DNA from: Octopus sinensis
Taxonomy: Eukaryota
Length of the DNA stretch: 64,000 nt
NCBI RefSeq assembly: GCF_006345805.1
Contig: NC_043003.1
Span: 49,414,001 to 49,478,000 of the forward strand
Direction: 5' to 3'
The notes under the pieces are model-generated. The model made no database searches. It saw only the letters and a list, made by a program, of their open reading frames with translations, and was not told the origin of the DNA. Shown piece by piece: positions 52,831 to 64,000 of this stretch. The stretch's first letter is position 1; every line of letters starts with the position of its first letter. Made by a program: the position numbers and the translations under genes.

Positions 52831-53603
52831 ATTGCTGGCCTTGTGTCAAAAATTGAAACTAATATACTTCTAATCATAAATCTAATCATAAACCATAAAT
52901 CCCTGGGACTTTGTTTCCTGCTCACTTTTTTCTATATTGCTTATTTTTGAATGTGCAATGGATTCAAGAAACTAATATTCCATTTTGAAAATTCTTTTTC
53001 AAGCTTAAACTCTGGGATATCCATCATTTTTTTCACAGCTTCATGTAGCAAACTTCATTGCTTGATATTGTGGGGAAAAACACTTCCCAAAGCTTGCTCC
53101 AATGCAATTCATCTTGATTCATTGAAACTGTTACAAAATATAAAGAAGACATTAAAAGTCTTTAGATTATATTCTGGAAAACCCAAAAGAATGCTGATAA
53201 TACAGAAACGATGCAAGAGGATTTTCTGCAAGAATCGAAACATTGAAATAAATCTTTTTTTTTTTATATGTAAATATTTCTTGCATTTTTTCATCTATAG
53301 CATATCCTTTTAAGTTATTTCAAATGAAATCTATTGATATTATTTCTAGCTGTATTACCATTGAAAGAATTCTCATCATAATTCAAGAAAAGAGAAGACC
53401 GAAAATTTAATGACATATGGAATTTGGCAGGATAAAAATTTGCTATTGCTTTTAGAATAAGAATGAAATTTTTACCTCAAGAACCTAACCGGAAACTTTT
53501 CTCTATAATATCTGAGCCAATATAAAGGCTGGTTGGCTGGTTTACACTTTACAACACACACACACGCACGCGCACGCACGCACACACACACACACACACA
53601 CAT

Positions 53604-53673
<70 letters not shown>

Positions 53674-54697
53674 TACTTCTTTGAAATTTCATTATGAAGA
53701 AGAGATTTGTTTCTAACCTAGATACGAAGGTCTGTTGCTAGAATTTGGATAACAATGATGAATTTGTATGTTGAATTTTACAAAATTCTCGCATACTTTC
53801 ATTGTTCCATTTACATTCTGAATTTGCAAATATCAGAAACTTCTTTCATTGCCTCAAAACTTCTTTCTGCCATCTTAAGATAACTACTTTCATTATCATC
53901 ATCGTCCAATTCATCATCATCATGGTTGTCATCATCATGGTCATCGTCGTCATCATAATCATAATTGTTGTTGTCAGTATTGTTATAATCATTACCATCA
54001 TCATCATCATCATCATTGTTGTTGTCATTATCATCATGATTATCACCATCATCGTCGTCGTCATTGTCGTCATTGTCATCGTCGTCAGCACCATCGCCAT
54101 CATCATCATCATTTAACATCCATTTTCCATGCTAGTATGGAATGAAGGTTTGATAAGATCTAACAAACCACAGGACTGTGACACGCTGTAATGTCAGCCT
54201 TGGCATGATTTCCACGACTGGATGCCCACCAATAATTACTGGCACAGATGTAAATTCATAACTTGGCTACTCTAGTTATAGGTTTGAAAGCATTTGACTG
54301 TAAACATTTGCTTTCTTAGCTCATTATTTTAAACGAAATGTTCACATCTACAGGGCAGATAATCACTGGGAAAAACTGAAAGTTGTCTTTTGTGCTTTCA
54401 ATTTATAGAAATCTTGGTGGGAACATTCCACCGATGTTCCTTATGTCTGAATGTATAAATGTGCTGAACATTAGAACACTTTGGCATTTCTCTGTATGCA
54501 TGTATGTATCTACAAACGTATTAGTACAGGCATGTGTATATGTGTGTGTGTGTATGTGTGAATGTATTTATTTATATCTGTGAGTAAAATCCAATTGATA
54601 TCCAACTACCTATTTCTGTATTTCTAAACTTTGTCTTTCTTACCTCCATTTATCTGTGTACAAATGTATGAATGTAAAAATTACATATGTGCAGGTG

Positions 54698-54728
<31 letters not shown>

Positions 54729-55412
54729 ACGTGCGTGTGCCAGTCTAGTGACTATATATATTCTATGTACTAATGCATATTTTGCACAAATCTATCTTGG
54801 ATACTTTAAATATTCATATAAATGTACAAAAACCTGATGCTTTCATATTTATTGTCTGTTTCTCTCTATTTCTATATCTGTTCCTTTGTATGTCTCTCTT
54901 GCTGTGTCTCATTTTCTGTACATATATCTATATCCGCATTTACATGCACGTATATAAACAACCTATACAAGATATAACAATATTTTGTATCCGCCTTTCT
55001 CTCACTGTCTCATGCACACATACATCATTGGCATATAACATAAAAATATCTTTTATAAAATTGTTGTTTCCACCTCCTCCTCCTCTCTCATTCATCTATA
55101 TGTATATTTAATCTAAATATTCATATATAAGCAGATTTGCTTGTAATATAAGAATATCGCTTATAACATGCTCATATATCTCTTCTCCTCTTCCTTTCTC
55201 TGATGTGCTATATCCTTTTCTCTCTCTCACTCACATTTAACTATATGTACCTTTTAATCTGTATTCACACATACGATACAACGATATCACTTATAGCATG
55301 AGCATTCTCTCTCATTTCACCACTCCATCTCTGTTTATCTCTCTCTTATGCATTTATCTATGTATGCATTTATCTATGTACCAACACACATACCTACCTA
55401 CCTATCTACTGA

Positions 55413-55682
55413 TAGTGAAAACTGTTTAAAAAACAACTGCAAATGATGTTTACAGCCAGTGCTTGTTATCAAAATTAGTGATTCTCAAACTTTCTATTAG
55501 CTTAATATTATCAGCCAGTTAATGATATCAAAAAGGGTTCATTCCAAAATAATTACAATAAGCTACGATAAAAAATACACTACTTTATTTTGAGATTGCT
55601 AGTGCTAACAATGCCTGCAAATATATCATTTTACTGAAACGGCCTGTAGATGGAATTTTAAAATTTTTGTATTGTTTTCGTG
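55413..55682. mobile_element. Degenerate TIR element (MITE)
   Basis: gtgaaaactgtttaaaaaacaactgcaaatgatgtttacagcc pairs imperfectly with ggcctgtagatggaattttaaaatttttgtattgttttcg. Confidence 0.4.
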
Positions 55683-56121
55683 GTATATTAGTACGTCCTT
55701 TTAATATTTTATCATCTCAAATTTTTATTACGCCAATATATTATAAGTTTTAAATCTAAAATTCACTGTGTTTTATGTATCACATCGATATTTATCTTTT
55801 TATACGTATTTTTGTATTTATTTATTTGGAATTTTTATATCTGTTTTATAACTGTAGAAGAATAAATGCATATATTTGATTTTTAGTGCAGTTATTATGT
55901 TCCTCTAGTTGCTGCTTGCATTGCCTCCATTCAGATTATTAAGCGCAATAACCTACTATACCTACCTACCTACATACATACATACACATACATATATATA
56001 TATACATATACATATATATATATATATATATACATGCACACATTCATACATACATAAATACATATATATATATATATACATGCACACATTCATACATACA
56101 TAAATACATATATATATATAT

Positions 56122-56154
<33 letters not shown>

Positions 56155-56330
56155 GGGAGAGTTTACGAAAAAAATAAAAGACGAAGACAGGCGGTGTACA
56201 AAACAAACAGATGTATTAGTATAACGCTCAGGAATAGAAAGTCTTTTACGTTTCGAGCCTACACTCTTCTAGAGAAAGGGACACAGAATAAACAAGGAGA
56301 GAAAAAAATGTGTGTAGTGGCTATATTATA
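56155..56330 (-). mobile_element. Short Penelope-like element, same family as 33569-33725
   Basis: Reverse complement aligns with 33569-33725 (GAAGAGTGTAGGCTCGAAACGTAAAA...TAATACATCTGTTTGTT...GTCTTCGTCTTT); embedded in (TA)n. Confidence 0.65.
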
Positions 56331-56464
56331 TATATATATATACACACACACAGGCTGTACATATATATATATATATATATATTAGAAATAGCTTAAAAAA
56401 GTTTTTAGCTGCTATTTCTAATGAGTTCAGTATGCGGCAAAGTAATTTATTTTACTAAGCCCTT

Positions 56465-56496
<32 letters not shown>

Positions 56497-57491
56497 ATAT
56501 ACACACACATACACACACATAGGCAAACATATGCACATATATATATATATATCATCATCATTTAATTTCTATTTTCAATGCTAGCATGGGTTGGATTGTT
56601 TGGTAGGATCTGGTAAGCTGAACTGCTGTGCCAGGCTTAACTTGTTTGTTGTAGCATGGTTTCTACAGCTGAATGCCCTTCCTGATGCCAACCAATTTAA
56701 AGAGTAAGCCATGTGTTTTTTATATGATGCCAGTATAGGTGCTTACTTCGTTCATTCCATGACTCTATTCTTTCTATCATCCCTTTCATGCTTACTTTGT
56801 TCATTACACTCTATGTTCTTTTGTTCCCCCTCTCTCACATTCCATTGCCTTCTCTTCATGCTCACTTTCCCTCCTCTTTTCCCTTTACTGTGTCCTTGTC
56901 ATTTTCGCTTACCCCTCCTCATTTATTCTGTCCCTCTGCCTCTACATCTCTCTCTTCTCTCCCCACCTGACCGGTGTTCAGCCAAGCCTGACCTTTCTTT
57001 CTTGGTTTGGCCACTGTCCATGCAACATCTGTATTCTTCCCTGTGCCTGTGAAATCTTATATCTCTGCTATAAGGATACACACACCTGCTTAATTTAATT
57101 CGTCCTTAGTCAAAAGACACCTGTTGTTATGTCCTGTTATTTGTATTTGTGTAACATTCTCCGTTTTTTTCCGTCCTTGTTTTCATATACATTCGCTGCT
57201 TCCTTCCAAGGAATCTAATGTTCTTAGCTTAGTTTTTCCTTGGGGATGGCCACATTGGAGCAATCTCATGTATAAACAGCCGAAATTGCAAAGATAATCT
57301 GGAACTCGACTGAGGAAAGAAAACTCCGAATGACTCGTCCTTGTTTTCTTTGTATCATCTATCTGGATGTTTTGTTGTCCCTTTCTTGTACCACCTAACT
57401 GTCTGGATGTTTTGCGTCCTTGTCCCATTTTGTATTATATATATATATATAGCGATGTACGCACACTTTGGTTTCTTATATATAAGCACAC

Positions 57492-57535
<44 letters not shown>

Positions 57536-57803
57536 AAGCAATAAATATCCAAATAACAAAAATTACCAGATTAGATTATATTCATTAATTTACAACTGCT
57601 TCAGCTAAGGCAATAAAGTAACATTTGGTAACAAGTGCTGTCTATGTTCTCACATAGATAGGTAGAACATGAAGGTAGAACAGCAAAGTTCACATGTATA
57701 GACTAGTGTTGCTACTTCATAGACAAGCATTCCCAAAGATTCCAGCTAACATCTATAGACCAATGGTACTACTGCTTCATTCACAAAATTTTATACGGAT
57801 TCA

Positions 57804-57837
<34 letters not shown>

Positions 57838-58349
57838 AATGCACACATGACAGGCTTCTGCACAATTTCTATATACAAAATTCCATTCACAAAATAGACA
57901 TTGGTCAAATTGAAGACATAATAAAAGATATTTGTATAAGATACTTCACAGAGAAGCAACATTCTTCATCATACAGCCATGTCTGTGCATCAATATCTAT
58001 TTTACCCTCTGACATTGATATATATTCTTCTCCACTTCTCTCCCACTTTCTCTGTCTCTTTCACTGTCTCTCTGTTTTTCTCTCTCTCTTAAATCCCTTT
58101 TCACTTGTTTCCTTGGAGAGTGAACATGCTGGGGCATCACGTTAAAGGTTTTAGTTGAACAAATCAACCTTAGAACTTATTTGGAAATCTGGTACTTATT
58201 CTGTCAGTCTTTTTTACTGAACTGCTAAATTATGGGAACATAAACAAACCAATGGTGGTTACTAAATAGCATTGGTGGTGCAGGTGGTAGTGGAACACAC
58301 AAATACTTACATACATATAAATATATACACTTAGACATGCACATATATA

Positions 58350-58912
58350 TTGGGTTGAGTCATAAATAAGTTCCGTTATTTTGGAAGTAAATTGTAATTA
58401 TATATTTTGAACTTCAGATGTTTAAAATTGAAATGGAAACTATCGTTTTTAAAAGACCCTCAAATTGAAATGGAAATTATTGTTTTTAAAAGACCCTCAA
58501 ATTGTAATAGAATCTACTGTTTTTAAAAGACCCTCATCTGTCATTCAAATTTAAGCAGTGGAAGTGTGCACATCATAGTTTAATATTAAATTTCCCTCCC
58601 CAAAAATGGATGAACTGGAAGTGCATATTCAACATGTGATGTGAGTTTAAGAATGGGAAAAATGACACAGAAACAGCTAATAAAATATGCAGTGTTTATG
58701 GCCAAGGTGTCATTACTGACCAGTAAATGCAAAATTGGCTTTCAAAGTTTCATTCCGGAGATTTGTTATTGAGAGATGACGCTCATCAGAATTCACACCC
58801 GGACAATCATCAGACTTCGATCATAATGCTTTAAGAGAATTAGTGGAATTCAATTCTTGTAAAAGTACTTGGGAATTAGTAGTTGATCTCAACACATCCC
58901 ATTCTACCATCT
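58350..58912 (+). pseudogene. mariner transposon 5' remnant (TIR plus transposase N-terminus)
   Basis: ta|TTGGGTTGAGTCATAAATAAGTTCCG TIR; from ATG 58606 MDELEVHIQHVM*EFKNGKNDTETANKICSVYGQGVITD..NWLSKFHSGD..SSDFDHNALRELVEFNSCKSTWELVVDLNTSHSTI; truncated by a SINE. Confidence 0.85.
58425..58535. repeat. 37-bp tandem repeat x3 inside mariner 5' region
   Basis: aaattgaaatggaaactatcgtttttaaaagaccctc repeated three times with minor changes. Confidence 0.9.
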
Positions 58913-59067
58913 GTAGCCTCAGGCAAACTAAAACCTTGAAAGTGGATTTGGTAGATGGAAACTGAAAGAAGCCCATCGTATTTATATATATATATACATA
59001 CATATATATATGTGTATATGATGTGTGAATATATATATATATATTATATATATATATTATATATATA

Positions 59068-59098
<31 letters not shown>

Positions 59099-59822
59099 AT
59101 ATATAAATATATACACATACACATGTGTGTGTGTGTGTGTGTCTGTATTTGTCTCCCAACCATAGCTTGACAATTTAGCGGTTCAGCTAAAGGGACCCAT
59201 AAAATAAATACTAGGCATACAAAGAATAAGTCCTGGGGTTGATTTGTTTGACTAAAGGCGATACTCCAGCATTGCCACAGTCAAATGACTGAAACCAGTA
59301 AAAGAAATGTATTCATATGGCACCTGTGCAGGTGGCACGTAAAAAGCACCCACTACACTCACGGAGTGGTTGGCGTTAGGAAGGGCATCCAGCTGTAGAA
59401 ACATTGCCAAATTAGACTGGAGCCTGGTGCAGCCTTCTGGCTTCCCAGAACCCCGGTCGAACCGTCCAACCCATGCTAGCATGGAGAACGGACGTTAAAC
59501 GACGATGATGATGATGATGATGATATATATATATATATGTATGTATCACAAGCTTCTTTCAGTTTCCATCTACAATTTCCACCCACAACGTTTTTTGCTG
59601 GCCCAATCCTATAACAGAAGATACCTGCCTAAGGCAAAGGTGGCATGCAGTTGGACTGAACTCAGAATCATGTGCTTGAGAAGCAAACTTCTTACCACAC
59701 CGCCATGCCTGCACCTATGTATCGATATATTTTTTTTAAATATTTCGGTTAAGTATAGCGATACTTAATAAACTGGTGTTAGAACTTAATACACATCTAC
59801 TTCAGAATGAAACATTAGATGA

Positions 59823-59855
<33 letters not shown>

Positions 59856-60476
59856 TTTCACTTATATACATATGTATATACACTTATATATATAAGTATA
59901 TATATATTTACACTTATAAATGCACACATCTGCAGTATGATATAAATATATATTAACAACATGAACAATAATATTTCCTTCTTTTTCTCTTTCTTCATCT
60001 TTATCTTTTTTTTCTATTCCAACTCACTCTTTCTCTCATCACTTAGTATTACAGATAGAAGGAATTCTTCTCTGTTAGCGCTACTCACTGCTTACCAATT
60101 TTCTTCTCCAAAAATATGAGAAGAGAGAAACATTTTAATAAAAAAAAAATGAAATAAAAAAATAATTAAATAAATTTAAAAAATCTAACAAGGAATTATC
60201 TAAGAGAAAAGTTTTGGGGAATTTACAATTTTATTTTATATTATTTTTTTTTCCAAGCTTTTGAAATTAACCAAATGGAATATTATTCCTTTATGTTAGT
60301 TGCTGTTTTTTTTTTTTGTGTTATTTCACTTTTATTTTGGTTTATGGAAAAATTTTATATATGATTTTTTTTTCGTTGTTGTTTTGTTTATTTACAATTT
60401 TATTTAGAATTTTTTTTTCTTTCGCACCTGCAATTTAGCAAAAATGTGAAGCAAAGTATATGAAAATGTAACATGT

Positions 60477-60510
<34 letters not shown>

Positions 60511-60581
60511 CAACAATAATTTATATTAGCTATAATAACAGTAAAAGTAGCAATAGTAATGAGAGTAGCAGCAGCAGTAGT

Positions 60582-60621
<40 letters not shown>

Positions 60622-61097
60622 CCACAACATTAATATAATAAGGATGATGATGATGGCCATGATGATAAGAATGATGGTGATAATGAAAATGGTGATGATT
60701 ATGATAGCAGTAATATTTCAAAAGTAGTAGTAGTAGTAGCAGCAGCAATGTTATTGATGATAATAATAATAATAATAATAATGATAAGAACAATAATGAT
60801 AAGAACAATAATAATAATAATGATAAGAACAATAATAACAATAATGATAATAATGATAATAACAACAACAATAATAATAATAATAATGATAATAACAATA
60901 ATAATAATAATAATAATAATAATACAATAAAGAAGTAGTATCAGATTGTTCTTTGTTAGCAATGGAATGTACTATCTGAAGTAAAAAGAACATTAGTGTG
61001 TGTGAGTGTGTGTGTGTGTGTGTGTATGTGTGTGTGTGTCTGTGAACACATGCTTGGGTGTTTCTGTATAATATGTATGTATGTTAAAGAGAGAAAG

Positions 61098-61136
<39 letters not shown>

Positions 61137-61327
61137 GCAGACAGACAGAAGGTGAATGAGTGAGCGAGTGAGTGAGTGGTTGCATACTGTGGATGGGAGA
61201 TGGTTCTGAAGTGATGGAAAATGGTATGGCATATCCATTATTTTCTACTGGAATAGATTTCATTATCTTTTTCTCCCTTTCTTTCTCCTTCACATCATCA
61301 TCGTCAGTGTCATCATCATCATCGTCG

Positions 61328-61360
<33 letters not shown>

Positions 61361-61569
61361 GCTGTTTCTTCTTCTTTCATCATAGATGGTTCTATATGGA
61401 TTAGTTTCTTTTTAGTTAATAATGCACTTGTCTTTTACAACGTTACCCAGATATGTAGGAGTGGTAATGGCAATCTGCATAATATCTCTGCATGTGTGCA
61501 TGTGTTAGGAGAGTGTTTAAATATATATAATGTATGTATGTGAGCAAATATATATATGTATACACACAC

Positions 61570-61960
61570 ACAGGAGTGGCTATGTGGTATGTAGCTTGCT
61601 TACCGACCACATGGTTCCAGGCTCAGTTCCACTTCATGGCATCTTGGGCAAGTGTCATCTTCTATAGCCTCGGGCCAACCAAAGCCTTGTGAGTGGATTT
61701 GGTAGATGGAAACTAAAAGAAGTCTGTTGTATATATGTATATATGTGTGTATACACACACACATATGTCTATATATATATATATATATATATACATATAC
61801 ATGACAGACTTCTTTCACTTTCCGTCTACCAAATCCACTCACAAGGCTTTGGCCGGCCCGAGGCTATAGTAGAAGACACTTACCCAAGGTGCCACACAGT
61901 GGTACTGAACCCAAAACCATGTAGTTGGTAAGCAAGCTACTTACCACACAGCCACACCTG
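61570..61960. mobile_element. Two SINE A heads in inverted orientation (61570-61730 +, 61802-61960 -)
   Basis: Both align to the family A head; separated by ~70 bp of TA/CA repeat. Confidence 0.88.
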
Positions 61961-61979
61961 TATAATGTATATATATGTA

Positions 61980-62010
<31 letters not shown>

Positions 62011-62136
62011 CATCTTCACTATTGAATTGTTTAATAGTGGTTTTTCTCTAAATTTCATACACATATTATATATTGTGAAATTTGATTTAGAATTGCTAAA
62101 TTGAATTTTTCCCTGTAAGTTTAGAATTATATTCCC

Positions 62137-62170
<34 letters not shown>

Positions 62171-62198
62171 GTATGTGTGTATGTATTTATGTGTGTGT

Positions 62199-62230
<32 letters not shown>

Positions 62231-62919
62231 TGCTTAGTGTGATATAACCAAGTGAAATGCAGCAAATCATCTCTTGTAATTACGTCATAATGATGTAACA
62301 TACTCATCAGGCATAAAAACCATCTACATCCATTGTTGGACAAGTACTTCCTTAGATTGTGTTATTCTACATTAAACTCTACTAATCTTCTATTGAGTGC
62401 TCTTGTCTCTTATGTGACAATCTCAATCTCTTTCTCTCTCACACACATACACACACACACATACACACACACACACATACATACATACATACATACATAC
62501 ATACATACATACATACATACATACATGAACGTACATGAAAATACTTATAGACACATTTATAAAAAAAACTTTTACTAGATATTTTTTCTGATAGATTTGG
62601 AATTAAGACAGGTACATTTAGTACGCTTTTAACCCATTATCTACCTACCTACCTATCGACCTACCTGATCTCTACTTACCAACTCATCCGCATATTACTT
62701 ATCAGCTTACCTATAAAACTACTTGCCTAACTTTCCAATTATCTGTATACTTCTCTAGCTATCTATTCATCCATCCAGTCTCATACCAGTCTGTCTGTCT
62801 GTCTATCTATCTATCTTTCTATCTATCTACCTACCTTCTGTCAATCTGTCTATCTCTCTGTGTATCCATAATCTATCTGTCTGTCTATCTCTCTATCTAT
62901 CTATCTATCTATCTGTCTA

Positions 62920-62958
<39 letters not shown>

Positions 62959-63189
62959 CTTTATCTATCTATCTATCTCTCTATCTATCTGTTTGTCTGT
63001 CTGTCTATTTATCTATTTCTCTTTTTCTCTCTCAAGTTGTCTATCTCTCTCTCTCTCAATCTGTCTATCTATGAATAAATCATATCTATCTTCCTTGCAT
63101 CCCATTCAGCCATGCCACCATTCTTCCCTCCACCATCCACCCATCCTCCCATGCCGCCCATAAATGGAGCTATATTTCCGTTGTAGCTC

Positions 63190-64000
63190 AAGAAATGGAG
63201 CTGTTTTTATGTAAGTTTCTATGAATGTATGCTTCCACAATGACATATTCTAAGGACTATATATTACTGTTCGATGCTGATCTGAGAAAGTTGTTCTCTG
63301 GTACTCACAAGGAAGACAAGATACTTTTAATGGGAGACTTTAAGGCTAGAATAGGAACTGAGCAAGATATTTGGAATTGTCCTGGATAACATGTTCTTCA
63401 TAAAACCAACAGCAATGGACTGGATCTCCTGCAGCTATGCAGTGAATATAACCTGGCTATTGGCAACACTTTCTTTCATTGTAAAAGCAAGTACAAAGGG
63501 ACACAGATGCACCTATGTTCAAAGCACTGGCTTATTATTGACTATATCACCATTAGAAAATGTGATCTACAGGATATGAAAACAATGAAGGTCATAAGAG
63601 GTGCTGAGTGCTGGACTGAGCATCAATTAGTCAGAGTTAAGCTTAGAAATAGGCTTGAGATACACTGCCAGTTTCAGCACCAAGCAGTTATATGTAAAAT
63701 CATGATGTGGGCAAACTCTAGTTAATAGAAATTAAAAATTTGTTGATATTAGCCTGTGACAGTCTCGAACATTTAAACCAGGTGAATATTTTGTGAGGAT
63801 TTCAAGGAAAAGATACACAACAAATCTAAGGAAACTCTGGGCATTAAAAACTGGAAACACCAAGACTGGTTCTATGAGAATGTTAAGGAGATTTGCAACC
63901 TGCTGGAGGTAAAATGAAGAATACATGAAAGACCACTTCTTCCAAATTTATCTTTAAATGATAAAAACAGTGGAAGAATTAAGGAAGATGAAAGGTGAAG
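63190..64000 (+). pseudogene. RTE/BovB-clade LINE, AP-endonuclease domain remnant (runs off window)
   Basis: KEDKILLMGDFKARIG..NSNGLDLLQLCSEYNLAIGNTFF..MHLCSKHWLIIDYITIRKCDLQD..IRGAECWTEHQLVRVKL; in-frame stops. Confidence 0.9.

Noticed and set aside
52951-53313. 120-aa ORF in non-repetitive DNA (likewise 34842-35117 and 15003-15401)
   Set aside because: No recognisable motif, AT-rich codon content, no supporting splice structure.
57300-57345. Hammerhead-like CUGAGGA...GAAU motif (also the CUGAAGA at 45421)
   Set aside because: GAAA core and stems II/III do not form convincingly; the 45421 copy is truncated before GAAA.
58425-58535. CRISPR-like regularly repeated units (also 39586-39915)
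   Set aside because: Direct tandem repeats without unique spacers, in a eukaryotic transposon context.
61416-61454. Possible 39-nt exon (NNALVFYNVTQI); similar AG/GT-bounded stretches near 42207, 53039, 54408 and 60975(-)
   Set aside because: Weak donors or in-frame stops, and no recognisable protein; expected by chance in AT-rich DNA.

Overview
AT-rich eukaryotic DNA dominated by microsatellites and short interspersed repeats. The repeat content looks cephalopod, most likely Octopus (recognised from memory, not database-checked). No intact protein-coding gene can be supported: nearly all ORFs in the track are microsatellite read-throughs. The only recognisable genes are two tandem U2 snRNA copies on the minus strand (21536-21724 and 23287-23474). 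They sit in a 1.75-kb direct duplication framed by three copies of a ~0.4-kb non-autonomous Helitron. The middle Helitron is a 5'/3' chimera of the outer two, the expected product of unequal crossover between the flanking elements. Only the last Helitron keeps an intact hairpin+CTAG terminator. Both U2 copies have canonical RNA-pairing regions but non-canonical Sm-site and loop-IV bases. A second theme is Penelope-like material: a decayed GIY-YIG endonuclease, several minimal hammerhead-ribozyme-like motifs next to microsatellites, and a ~375-bp near-perfect palindrome with a hammerhead-like core in each arm. The rest is three or four tRNA-derived SINE families, decayed LINEs (RLE-type, RTE, possibly I-type), a mariner remnant and several MITEs. 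By eye there is a CpG-decay boundary near 37-38 kb.
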